64,000 nucleotides of DNA. It comes from Halarcobacter sp. GTDB taxonomy: Bacteria; Campylobacterota; Campylobacteria; Campylobacterales; Arcobacteraceae. How positions within the stretch are numbered: position 1 is the stretch's first letter; each line of letters starts with the position of its first letter. Below are positions 53,687 through 62,314 of this stretch, piece after piece. Made by a program: the position numbers and the translations under genes. The notes beneath the pieces were generated by a model. It worked only from the letters and a program-made list of their open reading frames with translations. It searched no databases and was not told the DNA's origin. The stretch spans positions 3,104,001 through 3,168,000 of the forward strand of contig CP182352.1 of assembly GCA_048571215.1 (NCBI GenBank), in the 5' to 3' direction.

Positions 53687-55645
53687 TTATTCATCTTTTT
53701 TTAAATACCAAGCATTTAAATCTTCTGCTAAATGTTGAGTATTAGCACTTCTTATATAGAAGTTTTCATTTTTATAAGTTTTTATCAGAACAGCTTTTTT
53801 GAAAGATAGAAATGGATAACCATAGGCTTTAAAAAAGCTATTTAGTTTTAAGTCAATCTCTTTTATCTCACTAATATCTTTTTTATCAATACTAATAAAG
53901 TTTGAGCCCAATAGATTTATTTTGTCTTTTAAGACCTCAATCTTTGAAATAAATTTTCTAAAAAGTTTTGAAAAAACAATTAAAAAGATGGCTAGATATA
54001 TTATAAAACTTACAAAATCAAATAAATAAACCCATATACCTTCAAGACTTAGAAAATAATTTTGATTATTTAAAATATATACAGATAAAAAGTATTGAAG
54101 CCATTGGGTAATAATTTCTGCAATAAAAAAACAGCATATAAAAATGATAAAAGAGATAAATCTATTTGATATACGTCTTGAGAATATAATCTCTCTTGGG
54201 GTATAAGAGATACCTTTACTTTTCTTAAGAAATTGTGCATATTTAAAATAAATTATAATAAATAAGATAGTATAAATTATATCAAATATGATTCTATCAT
54301 ATGGGAAAAAGTAGTAATCTTTATAAACATATAGATACATATTATTGTCAATAAAAGTACTATTAATAGTTTTTTTATAATCATCTATAGATATAGATTT
54401 AAAAATCTTATATGGGCTTTGTGTAAAATTTTTATTAAAATAATGGATATATTCTATATCATTTATCAAACCTAATAAGTTCTTGGTATCATGTTCTTGA
54501 TTGAGAAAAAATAGTTCAAAATCACTTAATGCCTTTTCTATTTGAACTGTAGATATATTTTGTGTCTTTTTAAAAAACATATCTTTTACAAAAAGTATAT
54601 TTTTTTCAAACTCTTTATGCAAAGAATCAAAACTCACACCAGCGATTGCAGCATCTTTTTTGCTAAAATAGAAATTATTTACAGTATAGGTTTCACCTTG
54701 AGTATTTCTAAGGACTCTTTGTATCTGCTTTTCTAGAAAACTTATATAGCTATCTAAAATAACATATTTTTTATAGTCTTTATCAATATACTTTACTCCA
54801 ATATAAGCATAGTTTTTATCAGCTCCTCCTACTAAAATCGTTTTAAATGGTTTATTGTTTAATTTAGCTTCTTTTTGTAAAGCTTTTGTAGTTAATGAAC
54901 CCTCTTTTTTTATTTTGCCAAAACTGTTTGCAATTGTTGATTTCATCTTTTCAAGCTTAAAATTCCCTGCAATCTTTAAAATGATATTTGAAGGGTAGTA
55001 ATAGTTGTTGTAATATTTTAATACATCATCTAAGGTAAAAATTTGATTGTTTATTTGTTCATAATATCTATCTATGTCATCCTTTTCATTTTTTAAATTA
55101 AAGTCTTTTTCATAAAAGTTGTATTTTTTAGGGAATAAATCATCAATCTTTTTTAAGGACATAGTTAAGTGTGAGATAAAATTCACTTCACCAATCTCAA
55201 TTTGTAAAGCATTTTTTTCTATATCTAGATCAGTGTCATCAACTTTTTTATCAAAAATCATTTTATTAAAAGTTTTTACAAGCCAATAACTTTTTTTAGA
55301 ATCTATTGTTGCACTATATTCTGTAATATCTTCCATTGTTCTTCCATTAACAGAAGTGGCTCCTTCATCAATAATATAATCATAATAATCTCTATGGGGA
55401 ACTCTTTTATCTCTAAACACTAAGTGTTCAACTAAGTGGGCAATTCCTGCATTTTTTTTATCTTCAATTTTACTTCCAAGTCCAACTTCAATTTTTATTG
55501 ATACATTTTCACTTTTTTCATCTTCAAGTAAATAAACCTTTAGACCATTTTCTAGCGTATAAAATTTTATATTTTTATATGGGTCTATATCTTGGGTTGA
55601 ATATAAAAATGTCATTAGTGTTAAAAAAAGAAAAAATTGCTTCAA
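53687..55645 (-). CDS. M16 (insulinase) family zinc peptidase with C-terminal TM segments
   Basis: TLENGLKV, GIAHLVEHLVF (HXXEH), YYYPSN; three hydrophobic helices near the C-terminus. Confidence 0.85.
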   Translation of the reverse strand: MKQFFLFLTLMTFLYSTQDIDPYKNIKFYTLENGLKVYLLEDEKSENVSIKIEVGLGSKIEDKKNAGIAHLVEHLVFRDKRVPHRDYYDYIIDEGATSVNGRTMEDITEYSATIDSKKSYWLVKTFNKMIFDKKVDDTDLDIEKNALQIEIGEVNFISHLTMSLKKIDDLFPKKYNFYEKDFNLKNEKDDIDRYYEQINNQIFTLDDVLKYYNNYYYPSNIILKIAGNFKLEKMKSTIANSFGKIKKEGSLTTKALQKEAKLNNKPFKTILVGGADKNYAYIGVKYIDKDYKKYVILDSYISFLEKQIQRVLRNTQGETYTVNNFYFSKKDAAIAGVSFDSLHKEFEKNILFVKDMFFKKTQNISTVQIEKALSDFELFFLNQEHDTKNLLGLINDIEYIHYFNKNFTQSPYKIFKSISIDDYKKTINSTFIDNNMYLYVYKDYYFFPYDRIIFDIIYTILFIIIYFKYAQFLKKSKGISYTPREIIFSRRISNRFISFIIFICCFFIAEIITQWLQYFLSVYILNNQNYFLSLEGIWVYLFDFVSFIIYLAIFLIVFSKLFRKFISKIEVLKDKINLLGSNFISIDKKDISEIKEIDLKLNSFFKAYGYPFLSFKKAVLIKTYKNENFYIRSANTQHLAEDLNAWYLKKDE

Positions 55646-55721
55646 TTATACTCCTATAATAAAACTAGATTATATAATAAGTTAGATTATATACAAGAAA
55701 AGACAAAAATTTGTAATTATT

Positions 55722-55764
55722 TTCATATTCTGTTCACATATTATTCATATAAGTATTATAAATT
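55722..55764 (+). promoter_or_regulatory. Promoter with three TTCAYA direct repeats at 11-bp period
   Basis: TTCATA 55722, TTCACA 55733, TTCATA 55744; TAAATT 9 nt downstream at 55759. Confidence 0.6.
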
Positions 55765-55790
55765 TATAACACAATTGTAAGGAGGAGAAG

Positions 55791-56747
55791 ATGTATAAAC
55801 AGGTAAACAATAAAATACATGCTATTAGTAGTGTATTGTTTTTAAGTATCGTGTTTGTTGGTTGTGGGGGTGGTGGAGGCTCATCCTCTTTAGGAACAAC
55901 TACATTATCGGGATTAGTTCCTGGTACACTGATTGAAGCATTTTGTAAAGATGGGAGTTATTACAAAGTCAATTCAAAAAATAATGGTACAAGTAATCAC
56001 CCTTTTGAACTAGAGTTACCAAAAAATTTAGATTGTAAACTAGTTATGACAACGAATGAAAATGATCCAGATATAACAAAAAGAATAGTTACACCAATAC
56101 AATTAAGTGATGGAACTACAACTTCTACTTATTTTAATCTTGAAGATAATGTAGATATTGGTTATGTTGGTTTGGCTACAACTGGGCAAGGGATTCAACC
56201 TTTAGTTACTATTGCTGTTCATGAAAATAAATTAAAAGTAAATAAATATACTTATGACCCAATGGATTCAGATAATGATGGAATACCAAATGTTTATGAA
56301 GATGATGATCATGATGGTAAATATAATAAAGATGACGATGATGATGACAATGATGGGATAAAAGATAAAGATGATAATCAACAAAAAGATGATATCGATG
56401 GTGATGGAATAAAAAATGAGTATGATAAAGATGCTTATAATGGAGATAAAGAATTAGAAGAAGAGTCGTCTCATGGAAATAATCCTAGCTCAAATAATAC
56501 GGGAAGTATAACACTTCCAAGTACTTATAGTGAAAATGCGGGAAGATTATTAAGTTCTCAGTGTTATCAATGTCATGGTACAAATGGGGTTTCAACTAAT
56601 AGTTGGGATAGCATAGCAGGTGAAAATGAGTTAGATGAGATGTTTGGGGAAGATGAAATAATGGATGCACAAGCACATGGATATACTAGCCCTGAGATAA
56701 ATTTAATAGGTAGTTGGCTTAAAACACTTCCTAAAAATAAAAATTAA
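55791..56747 (+). CDS. Lipoprotein with Asp-rich Ca-binding-type repeats and a C-terminal monoheme cytochrome c (FccA-like partner)
   Basis: Lipobox VFVGC-GGGGGSS; DSDNDGIP/DDNDGI/DIDGDGI repeats; CYQCHGTNG and IMDAQA. Confidence 0.8.
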   Translation: MYKQVNNKIHAISSVLFLSIVFVGCGGGGGSSSLGTTTLSGLVPGTLIEAFCKDGSYYKVNSKNNGTSNHPFELELPKNLDCKLVMTTNENDPDITKRIVTPIQLSDGTTTSTYFNLEDNVDIGYVGLATTGQGIQPLVTIAVHENKLKVNKYTYDPMDSDNDGIPNVYEDDDHDGKYNKDDDDDDNDGIKDKDDNQQKDDIDGDGIKNEYDKDAYNGDKELEEESSHGNNPSSNNTGSITLPSTYSENAGRLLSSQCYQCHGTNGVSTNSWDSIAGENELDEMFGEDEIMDAQAHGYTSPEINLIGSWLKTLPKNKN

Positions 56748-56757
56748 AAGGAAAGTT

Positions 56758-58017
56758 ATGAATTCAATATTATCAAGAAGAGATTTTCTTAAATTTCTTG
56801 GAGTTGCAACTTTACTTTCTTTTTCAAGTAAAGAATTAAAAGCAGCTACAGTGCCACATATAGTGGTAGTAGGTGGAGGTTTCTCGGGAGCAACTTGTGC
56901 AAAATATTTAAAAATGTGGGGAGGGTCTAGTGTTGATGTAACTATCATCGAAACAAACTCCACTTATGTATCTCCAATCTTAAGTAATTTGGTGCTAAAT
57001 GGTAAAAAAACCACAGCAGATTTATCTTTTACTTATGTTGATTATTCAAGTAAATATAAAATTAATATGATTCATAAAGAGGTGTCTAGTGTTGATAGTA
57101 CAAATAAAACAGTAACCTTAAATGACAACTCTGTCGTTAATTATGATAAATTAGTTTTAGCTTCAGGAATCGATTTTATTAAAGTAAATGCTTATGATAC
57201 GACTATTATTCCTCATGCTTGGAAAGCAGGGGAGCAAACAAATATCTTAAAAACACAAATTGATTCTATGCTTGATGGAGATACCTTTGTAATGTCAATA
57301 CCAAAATCTCCATATAGATGTCCCCCTGGACCATATGAAAGAGCTTGTGTTGTATCTGATTATTTAAAGAATACAAAAGGGTATTCAAATTGTAAGGTTA
57401 TTGTTTTAGATGAGAATTCAAAGATAATAGTTGAAGAGAATACTTTTAGCACAGTATTTACACAAAATGGGGTAGATTATCGACCAAATAGTGTAGTTAC
57501 AAATGTAGATGATAGTGCAAAAAGTATAGCCTTTAGTGAAAATGGAACAGCAAAAACTCTAAATGCTGAGGTTATTAATGTGATACCAAATCAAAAAGCA
57601 GCTTCTATTGTTTTCACAGCAGGTGTGAACAGTGGTAATTGGGCTCCTGTAAATCCTCTAAGTTATGAATCAACTATTAAGAGTGATATTCATATTATAG
57701 GAGATTCACAAGGTACAGGACAGCCAAAAGCTGGACATATTGGTAATTCTGAAGCAAAAATTTGTGCAGATGCAATTTTAAGAGTTTTAAATGGTATTGC
57801 ACCATATGACCAACCAAAAACAAATTCAGCTTGTTATAGTCCAACTTCTTCAAATCAAGCTTCGTGGTTAACAGCTGTTTATAAATATGATTCTGCAAGT
57901 AAATCTATGGTTTCAGCAAATAGAAAAGTGTATCCTGCAGCTGGAAGTCCAAGTTCATCAAACTATAATAAGATGTTTTTATGGGCTGGAAATCTTTTCT
58001 CTGATACCTTCTCTTAA
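56758..58017 (+). CDS. fccB: Flavocytochrome c sulfide dehydrogenase flavoprotein subunit (FccB/SoxF-like)
   Basis: Tat signal SRRDFLK; VVVGGGFSGA; PHAWKAG; YRCPPGPYER; ACYS. Confidence 0.88.
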   Translation: MNSILSRRDFLKFLGVATLLSFSSKELKAATVPHIVVVGGGFSGATCAKYLKMWGGSSVDVTIIETNSTYVSPILSNLVLNGKKTTADLSFTYVDYSSKYKINMIHKEVSSVDSTNKTVTLNDNSVVNYDKLVLASGIDFIKVNAYDTTIIPHAWKAGEQTNILKTQIDSMLDGDTFVMSIPKSPYRCPPGPYERACVVSDYLKNTKGYSNCKVIVLDENSKIIVEENTFSTVFTQNGVDYRPNSVVTNVDDSAKSIAFSENGTAKTLNAEVINVIPNQKAASIVFTAGVNSGNWAPVNPLSYESTIKSDIHIIGDSQGTGQPKAGHIGNSEAKICADAILRVLNGIAPYDQPKTNSACYSPTSSNQASWLTAVYKYDSASKSMVSANRKVYPAAGSPSSSNYNKMFLWAGNLFSDTFS

Positions 58018-58029
58018 GAAGGCTCAGAG

Positions 58030-58947
58030 TTAAAAAATAGAAAAACCTGTTTTTGTAGTAAATAGTTCTAGAGCTTTTGTTCCAACCAAAGAGTTGCCTT
58101 GTTTATTCAATTTTGGGGAATAAACACAAAGGGCCATTTTTTTTGGAACAACAGCTACTATCCCACCTCCAACTCCACTTTTACCAGGAAGTCCAACCTT
58201 AAAAGCAAAATCTCCAGAGGCATCATAGTGTCCACAAGTTAGCATAAGGGAATTTATCCTTTTTGCTTGGGGTGCACTTACTATCTCTTCATTAGTAAGG
58301 GGATTTACTCCATGGTTTGCAAGATATAACATAGAGTTTGCCAACTGTTTAGTATTCATCATAATTGAACATTGTTTAAAATAGCTTTGGATAACTAAGT
58401 CTATATCATTTTCAATATTGTTAAAGCTTTTCATCATATTTATAAGTGCAAAATTTCTATATCCATGGCTAAGTTCTGATTCAAAAATCTCTTCATCAAA
58501 GCTTAGATTAGGAGTATTTGAGATTTTTTTAATAAATTTAAATATTTCATTAAAGGTATCTTCTTTATATCTTGATACTAAAGAATCAGTTGTTACAATA
58601 GCACCTGCGTTGATAAAAGGGTTTCTTGGTATCCCTTTTTCATACTCCAATTGAACCAAAGAGTTAAAAGGATTTCCAGAAGGTTCATGACCAACTCTTT
58701 TATAAAGTTTTTTACTATAACTTAAAAGGGCAAGGGTAAAGGTAAATACTTTTGATATACTTTGTATAGAAAAAAGCTTATCGCTACAACCTATATGATA
58801 CTCTTGTTTATCAAGTGTAATAATACTCATAGCAAAATCAGAACCATCAGCTAAAGCTAATTTAGGGATATAATTAGCCAATTGCCCTTTTTTGAAATAT
58901 ACTTGAATCTCTTCTTCAATCTCTTTTAAAATATTGTTAAAATCCAT
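58030..58947 (-). CDS. glsA: Glutaminase
   Basis: FSIQSISK, EPSGNPFNS, NPFINAGA, PGKSGVGGG. Confidence 0.95.
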   Translation of the reverse strand: MDFNNILKEIEEEIQVYFKKGQLANYIPKLALADGSDFAMSIITLDKQEYHIGCSDKLFSIQSISKVFTFTLALLSYSKKLYKRVGHEPSGNPFNSLVQLEYEKGIPRNPFINAGAIVTTDSLVSRYKEDTFNEIFKFIKKISNTPNLSFDEEIFESELSHGYRNFALINMMKSFNNIENDIDLVIQSYFKQCSIMMNTKQLANSMLYLANHGVNPLTNEEIVSAPQAKRINSLMLTCGHYDASGDFAFKVGLPGKSGVGGGIVAVVPKKMALCVYSPKLNKQGNSLVGTKALELFTTKTGFSIF

Positions 58948-59100
58948 ATTTATTCTTTTTTATTTTTTGTAGTATTCTAACGAAATTATAAGAAAAATAA
59001 AAAATTTGAAAGTGCTTTTTGTGAGATGGCTAATATTGCTAGTCAAAGATACTTAATATTATTGATGCCAAATTGAAACTTTCTATTATTTGTACCTTAA

Positions 59101-59128
59101 ATTAAGCAAAGTTTTAGTATAATCCGCG
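59101..59128 (+). promoter_or_regulatory. typA promoter with GC-rich discriminator
   Basis: TTAAG...TATAAT (59118-59123) followed by CCGCG. Confidence 0.55.
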
Positions 59129-59193
59129 AAATATAATGAAGCTTCTATTTTTAATAGAGTGTTTCAATCAAAATTAATACTTAAAGAGAATAA

Positions 59194-61008
59194 ATGAGAG
59201 ATATACGAAACATCGCCGTAATCGCACACGTTGACCACGGTAAAACAACACTTGTAGATGAGTTGTTAAAGCAATCAGGAACTTTTTCTGCTCACCAAGA
59301 AGTAGATGAAAGAGTAATGGATAGTAATGACATTGAAAAAGAAAGAGGTATTACAATCCTTTCTAAAAATACTGCTATTGATTACAATGATGTAAGAATT
59401 AATATTATCGACACTCCAGGCCATGCAGATTTTGGTGGAGAGGTTGAGAGGGTTTTAAAAATGGTTGATTCCGTTTTACTTCTTGTTGATGCACAAGAGG
59501 GTGTTATGCCTCAAACTAAATTTGTTGTGAAAAAAGCTTTACAATTAGGTCATAGACCAATTGTTGTTATCAACAAAATTGATAAACCAGGTGGAGACCC
59601 AGATAGAGTTGTTGATGAAGTATTTGACCTATTTGACCAAATGGGTGCAACTGAAGAACAACTTGAGTTCCCTGTTGTTTATGCAGCAGCAAGAGATGGA
59701 TATGCGAAACTTGCTTTAGAAGATGAAAACAAAGATTTAATTCCATTATTTGAAACAATTTTAACAGAGGTTCCAAAGCCAGTTGGTGATGATGAAAATG
59801 GTCTTCAACTTCAAGTATTTACACTTGACTATGATAACTTTATTGGAAAGATTGGAATCGCAAGAATCTTTAACGGAACAATCTCTATGGGTGAAACTGT
59901 ATTATTAGTTAAAGCAGATGGTGAAAAAATCAGAGGTAGAGTAACTAAACTTATTGGTTTTAAAGGTGTTGATAGATTTGATATTAAAATTGCAGGAACT
60001 GGTGATATTGTTGCTGTTGCTGGTTTTGAAACTATTGATGTAGGGGATTCACTTTGTGACCCAACAAACCCAATGCCACTTGATCCAATGCATATTGAAG
60101 AACCAACATTATCTGTAACATTTGCAGTAAATGATTCTCCATTAGCGGGAACTGAAGGTAAATTTGTAACTTCAAATAAGATTGACGAAAGACTAAGAGC
60201 TGAGATGAATACTAATATTGCTATGAATTATGAGCAAATTGGTGAGGGTAAATTTAAAGTAAACGGTAGGGGTGAACTTCAAATTTGTATTTTAGCAGAA
60301 AATATGAGAAGAGAAGGTTTTGAGTTTTCTATTGGTAGACCTGAGGTTATTACAAAAGAGGAAGATGGTATTAAGTTAGAGCCATTTGAGCATTTAGTAA
60401 TAGATACACCAGATGATTATACCGGTGCTATTATTGAAAAACTTGGAAAAAGAAAAGCCAATATGACAAATATGGTACCAATGGGTTCAGGTTATACAAG
60501 ACTTGAGTTTGAAATCCCAGCAAGGGGACTTATTGGTATTAGAACTGAGTTCTTAACTGAAACAAAAGGTGAGGGTGTTATGAACCACTCATTCTTAGAG
60601 TTTAGACCACATTCTGGGACAGTTGAGTCAAGAAAATATGGAGCTTTAGTTTCTATGGAAAATGGTGAAGCTGTAGGTTATTCTATTTTTAACTTACAAG
60701 ATAGAGGTGTAATGTTTGTTAAACCTCAAGATAAGGTTTATAACGGAATGGTGATTGGACAACACTCTAAATCTAACGACTTAGATGTTAACCCAATTAA
60801 GGCTAAGCAACAATCTAACGTTAGATCTTCTGGGGCAGATGAGGCTATTAAGCTTGTTCCACCAAGAGTGATGTCCTTAGAGAATGCTTTAGAGTGGATT
60901 GAAGATGATGAGTTAGTTGAAGTTACACCTGTCTCGATTAGGGTAAGAAAAAGAGAACTTGATCCAACAGCAAGAAAAAGAACAGCAAAAAAGGCTAAAT
61001 ACGAATAA
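59194..61008 (+). CDS. typA: Translational GTPase TypA/BipA
   Basis: [45 protein letters not shown]. Confidence 0.98.
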   Translation: MRDIRNIAVIAHVDHGKTTLVDELLKQSGTFSAHQEVDERVMDSNDIEKERGITILSKNTAIDYNDVRINIIDTPGHADFGGEVERVLKMVDSVLLLVDAQEGVMPQTKFVVKKALQLGHRPIVVINKIDKPGGDPDRVVDEVFDLFDQMGATEEQLEFPVVYAAARDGYAKLALEDENKDLIPLFETILTEVPKPVGDDENGLQLQVFTLDYDNFIGKIGIARIFNGTISMGETVLLVKADGEKIRGRVTKLIGFKGVDRFDIKIAGTGDIVAVAGFETIDVGDSLCDPTNPMPLDPMHIEEPTLSVTFAVNDSPLAGTEGKFVTSNKIDERLRAEMNTNIAMNYEQIGEGKFKVNGRGELQICILAENMRREGFEFSIGRPEVITKEEDGIKLEPFEHLVIDTPDDYTGAIIEKLGKRKANMTNMVPMGSGYTRLEFEIPARGLIGIRTEFLTETKGEGVMNHSFLEFRPHSGTVESRKYGALVSMENGEAVGYSIFNLQDRGVMFVKPQDKVYNGMVIGQHSKSNDLDVNPIKAKQQSNVRSSGADEAIKLVPPRVMSLENALEWIEDDELVEVTPVSIRVRKRELDPTARKRTAKKAKYE

Positions 61009-61033
61009 AATTTAATAAAATTAGATTTTATTT

Positions 61034-61068
61034 GAGGGGAAGAGCTTTTTTGCTCTTCCCCTTTTTTT
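61034..61068 (+). terminator. Intrinsic terminator of typA
   Basis: AGGGGAAGAGC-loop-GCTCTTCCCCT followed by a T run. Confidence 0.88.
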
Positions 61069-61194
61069 ATGCCAAAAATTTAGATTAAGGAAAATATTTG
61101 AAGTCCGATGTTTCTAAGAGGATAAACAAAAAAAGATTTAAAACAAAAAAATTAAAATAGGAGAATTTTTTCTCCTATTACAAGGGAGAAAAAA

Positions 61195-61290
61195 ATGAAT
61201 AATATAAATACAAATATAAATGATTATTTGATTGTAATTGCAATATATTTTATTACTATTGCAACTAGTTTCATAGTAATAACTAATTAA
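61195..61290 (+). CDS. Putative 31-aa single-TM small protein
   Basis: MNNINTNINDYLIVIAIYFITIATSFIVITN*; strong SD AAGGGAG at 61182-61188. Below the ORF-track size cut-off. Confidence 0.5.
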   Translation: MNNINTNINDYLIVIAIYFITIATSFIVITN

Positions 61291-61345
61291 TCTAATCTAT
61301 TGCAATTTGACAAGTTTGTGTTATAATAAATAAAAAGCGTTTATT

Positions 61346-62314
61346 ATGAAAAAAATATCTTTTCTTTTCTTTTTATTGTTTTTATTTTTTAGCTTTATAA
61401 AAGCAGAAAATATTATTGTAAAGAAAAAGATATTTTATATCAACTCCTATCATTCTGGGCTTTATTGGAGTGATGGGGTTGAAAAAAGTATAAAAAGTAC
61501 ACTTTTTAAATCTAACTTACCCATTGAGTTCAAAAGAGCCGAAATGGACTCTAAAAGAAATAATAATGATGCCTATAAAATAAAAATAGCTAAAAAAATC
61601 AAAAATCAAATTGAAAACTTTAAACCTGACGTGATTATTGCTTCTGATGATAATGCTATTAAATATGTTATTTTACCCTATTTTAGAGATTCAACTATTC
61701 CAATTATTTTTTGCGGTATAAATGGCACTATAAAGAAGTATGAACAACTACCTAGTAATATAACTGGTATGGAAGAGGTCCAGCTTGTCCCTCAACTAGT
61801 TGATACTTTAAAGAAATATACGAAGGGGACGAGAATAGGTAGTTTAGATGATGATTCATTTAGTGTCAAATCACAGAATCAATTTTTTGAAAAACAATTA
61901 AATCAAAAAATTACTAAAATGTATGCAAAAACAATAAAAGAATGGAAAAAGAATTTTATATATTTACAAAATAATGTAGATATTTTATTACTTGGGAATA
62001 GTGGAGCTTTAGTAAATTGGGATAAAAATAAAGAGGAGTTAAAAGATTTTGTCAAAAAGGAGACTAAAATACCATCTGCTGCTTGGGATATTACTTTAAA
62101 TAATTTTGCTTTGCTAATTTTTGCTAATAAGCCTGAAGAGCAAGGTGAGTGGGTGGCAAATACAGCTCTTAGAGTTCTAAAGGGTGAAAATATAAAAAAT
62201 ATACCAATAGTTGTAAATAAAAAAGCAAATATTTATATAAATACAACTTTAGCAAAAAAGCTTAATATAGTTTTCCCTTTTGAATTAATAGATAATGGGG
62301 TATTAATAAAATGA
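61346..62314 (+). CDS. Periplasmic ABC-type substrate-binding protein used as a sensor accessory
   Basis: Signal peptide; INSYH, PDVIIASDDNA, PIIFCGIN, INTTLAKKLNI; overlaps the downstream kinase start; no adjacent permease. Confidence 0.85.
   Translation: MKKISFLFFLLFLFFSFIKAENIIVKKKIFYINSYHSGLYWSDGVEKSIKSTLFKSNLPIEFKRAEMDSKRNNNDAYKIKIAKKIKNQIENFKPDVIIASDDNAIKYVILPYFRDSTIPIIFCGINGTIKKYEQLPSNITGMEEVQLVPQLVDTLKKYTKGTRIGSLDDDSFSVKSQNQFFEKQLNQKITKMYAKTIKEWKKNFIYLQNNVDILLLGNSGALVNWDKNKEELKDFVKKETKIPSAAWDITLNNFALLIFANKPEEQGEWVANTALRVLKGENIKNIPIVVNKKANIYINTTLAKKLNIVFPFELIDNGVLIK

Noticed and set aside
56260..56450. GAT/GAC-rich repeated DNA resembling a tandem repeat or array
   Set aside because: It is explained by the Asp-rich coding tract of the lipoprotein; there are no constant repeats with unique spacers, so it is not CRISPR.
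59137..59167. Weak hairpin in the typA leader as an RNA thermometer
   Set aside because: The pairing is short, AT-rich and does not cover the SD; there is no support from sequence alone.
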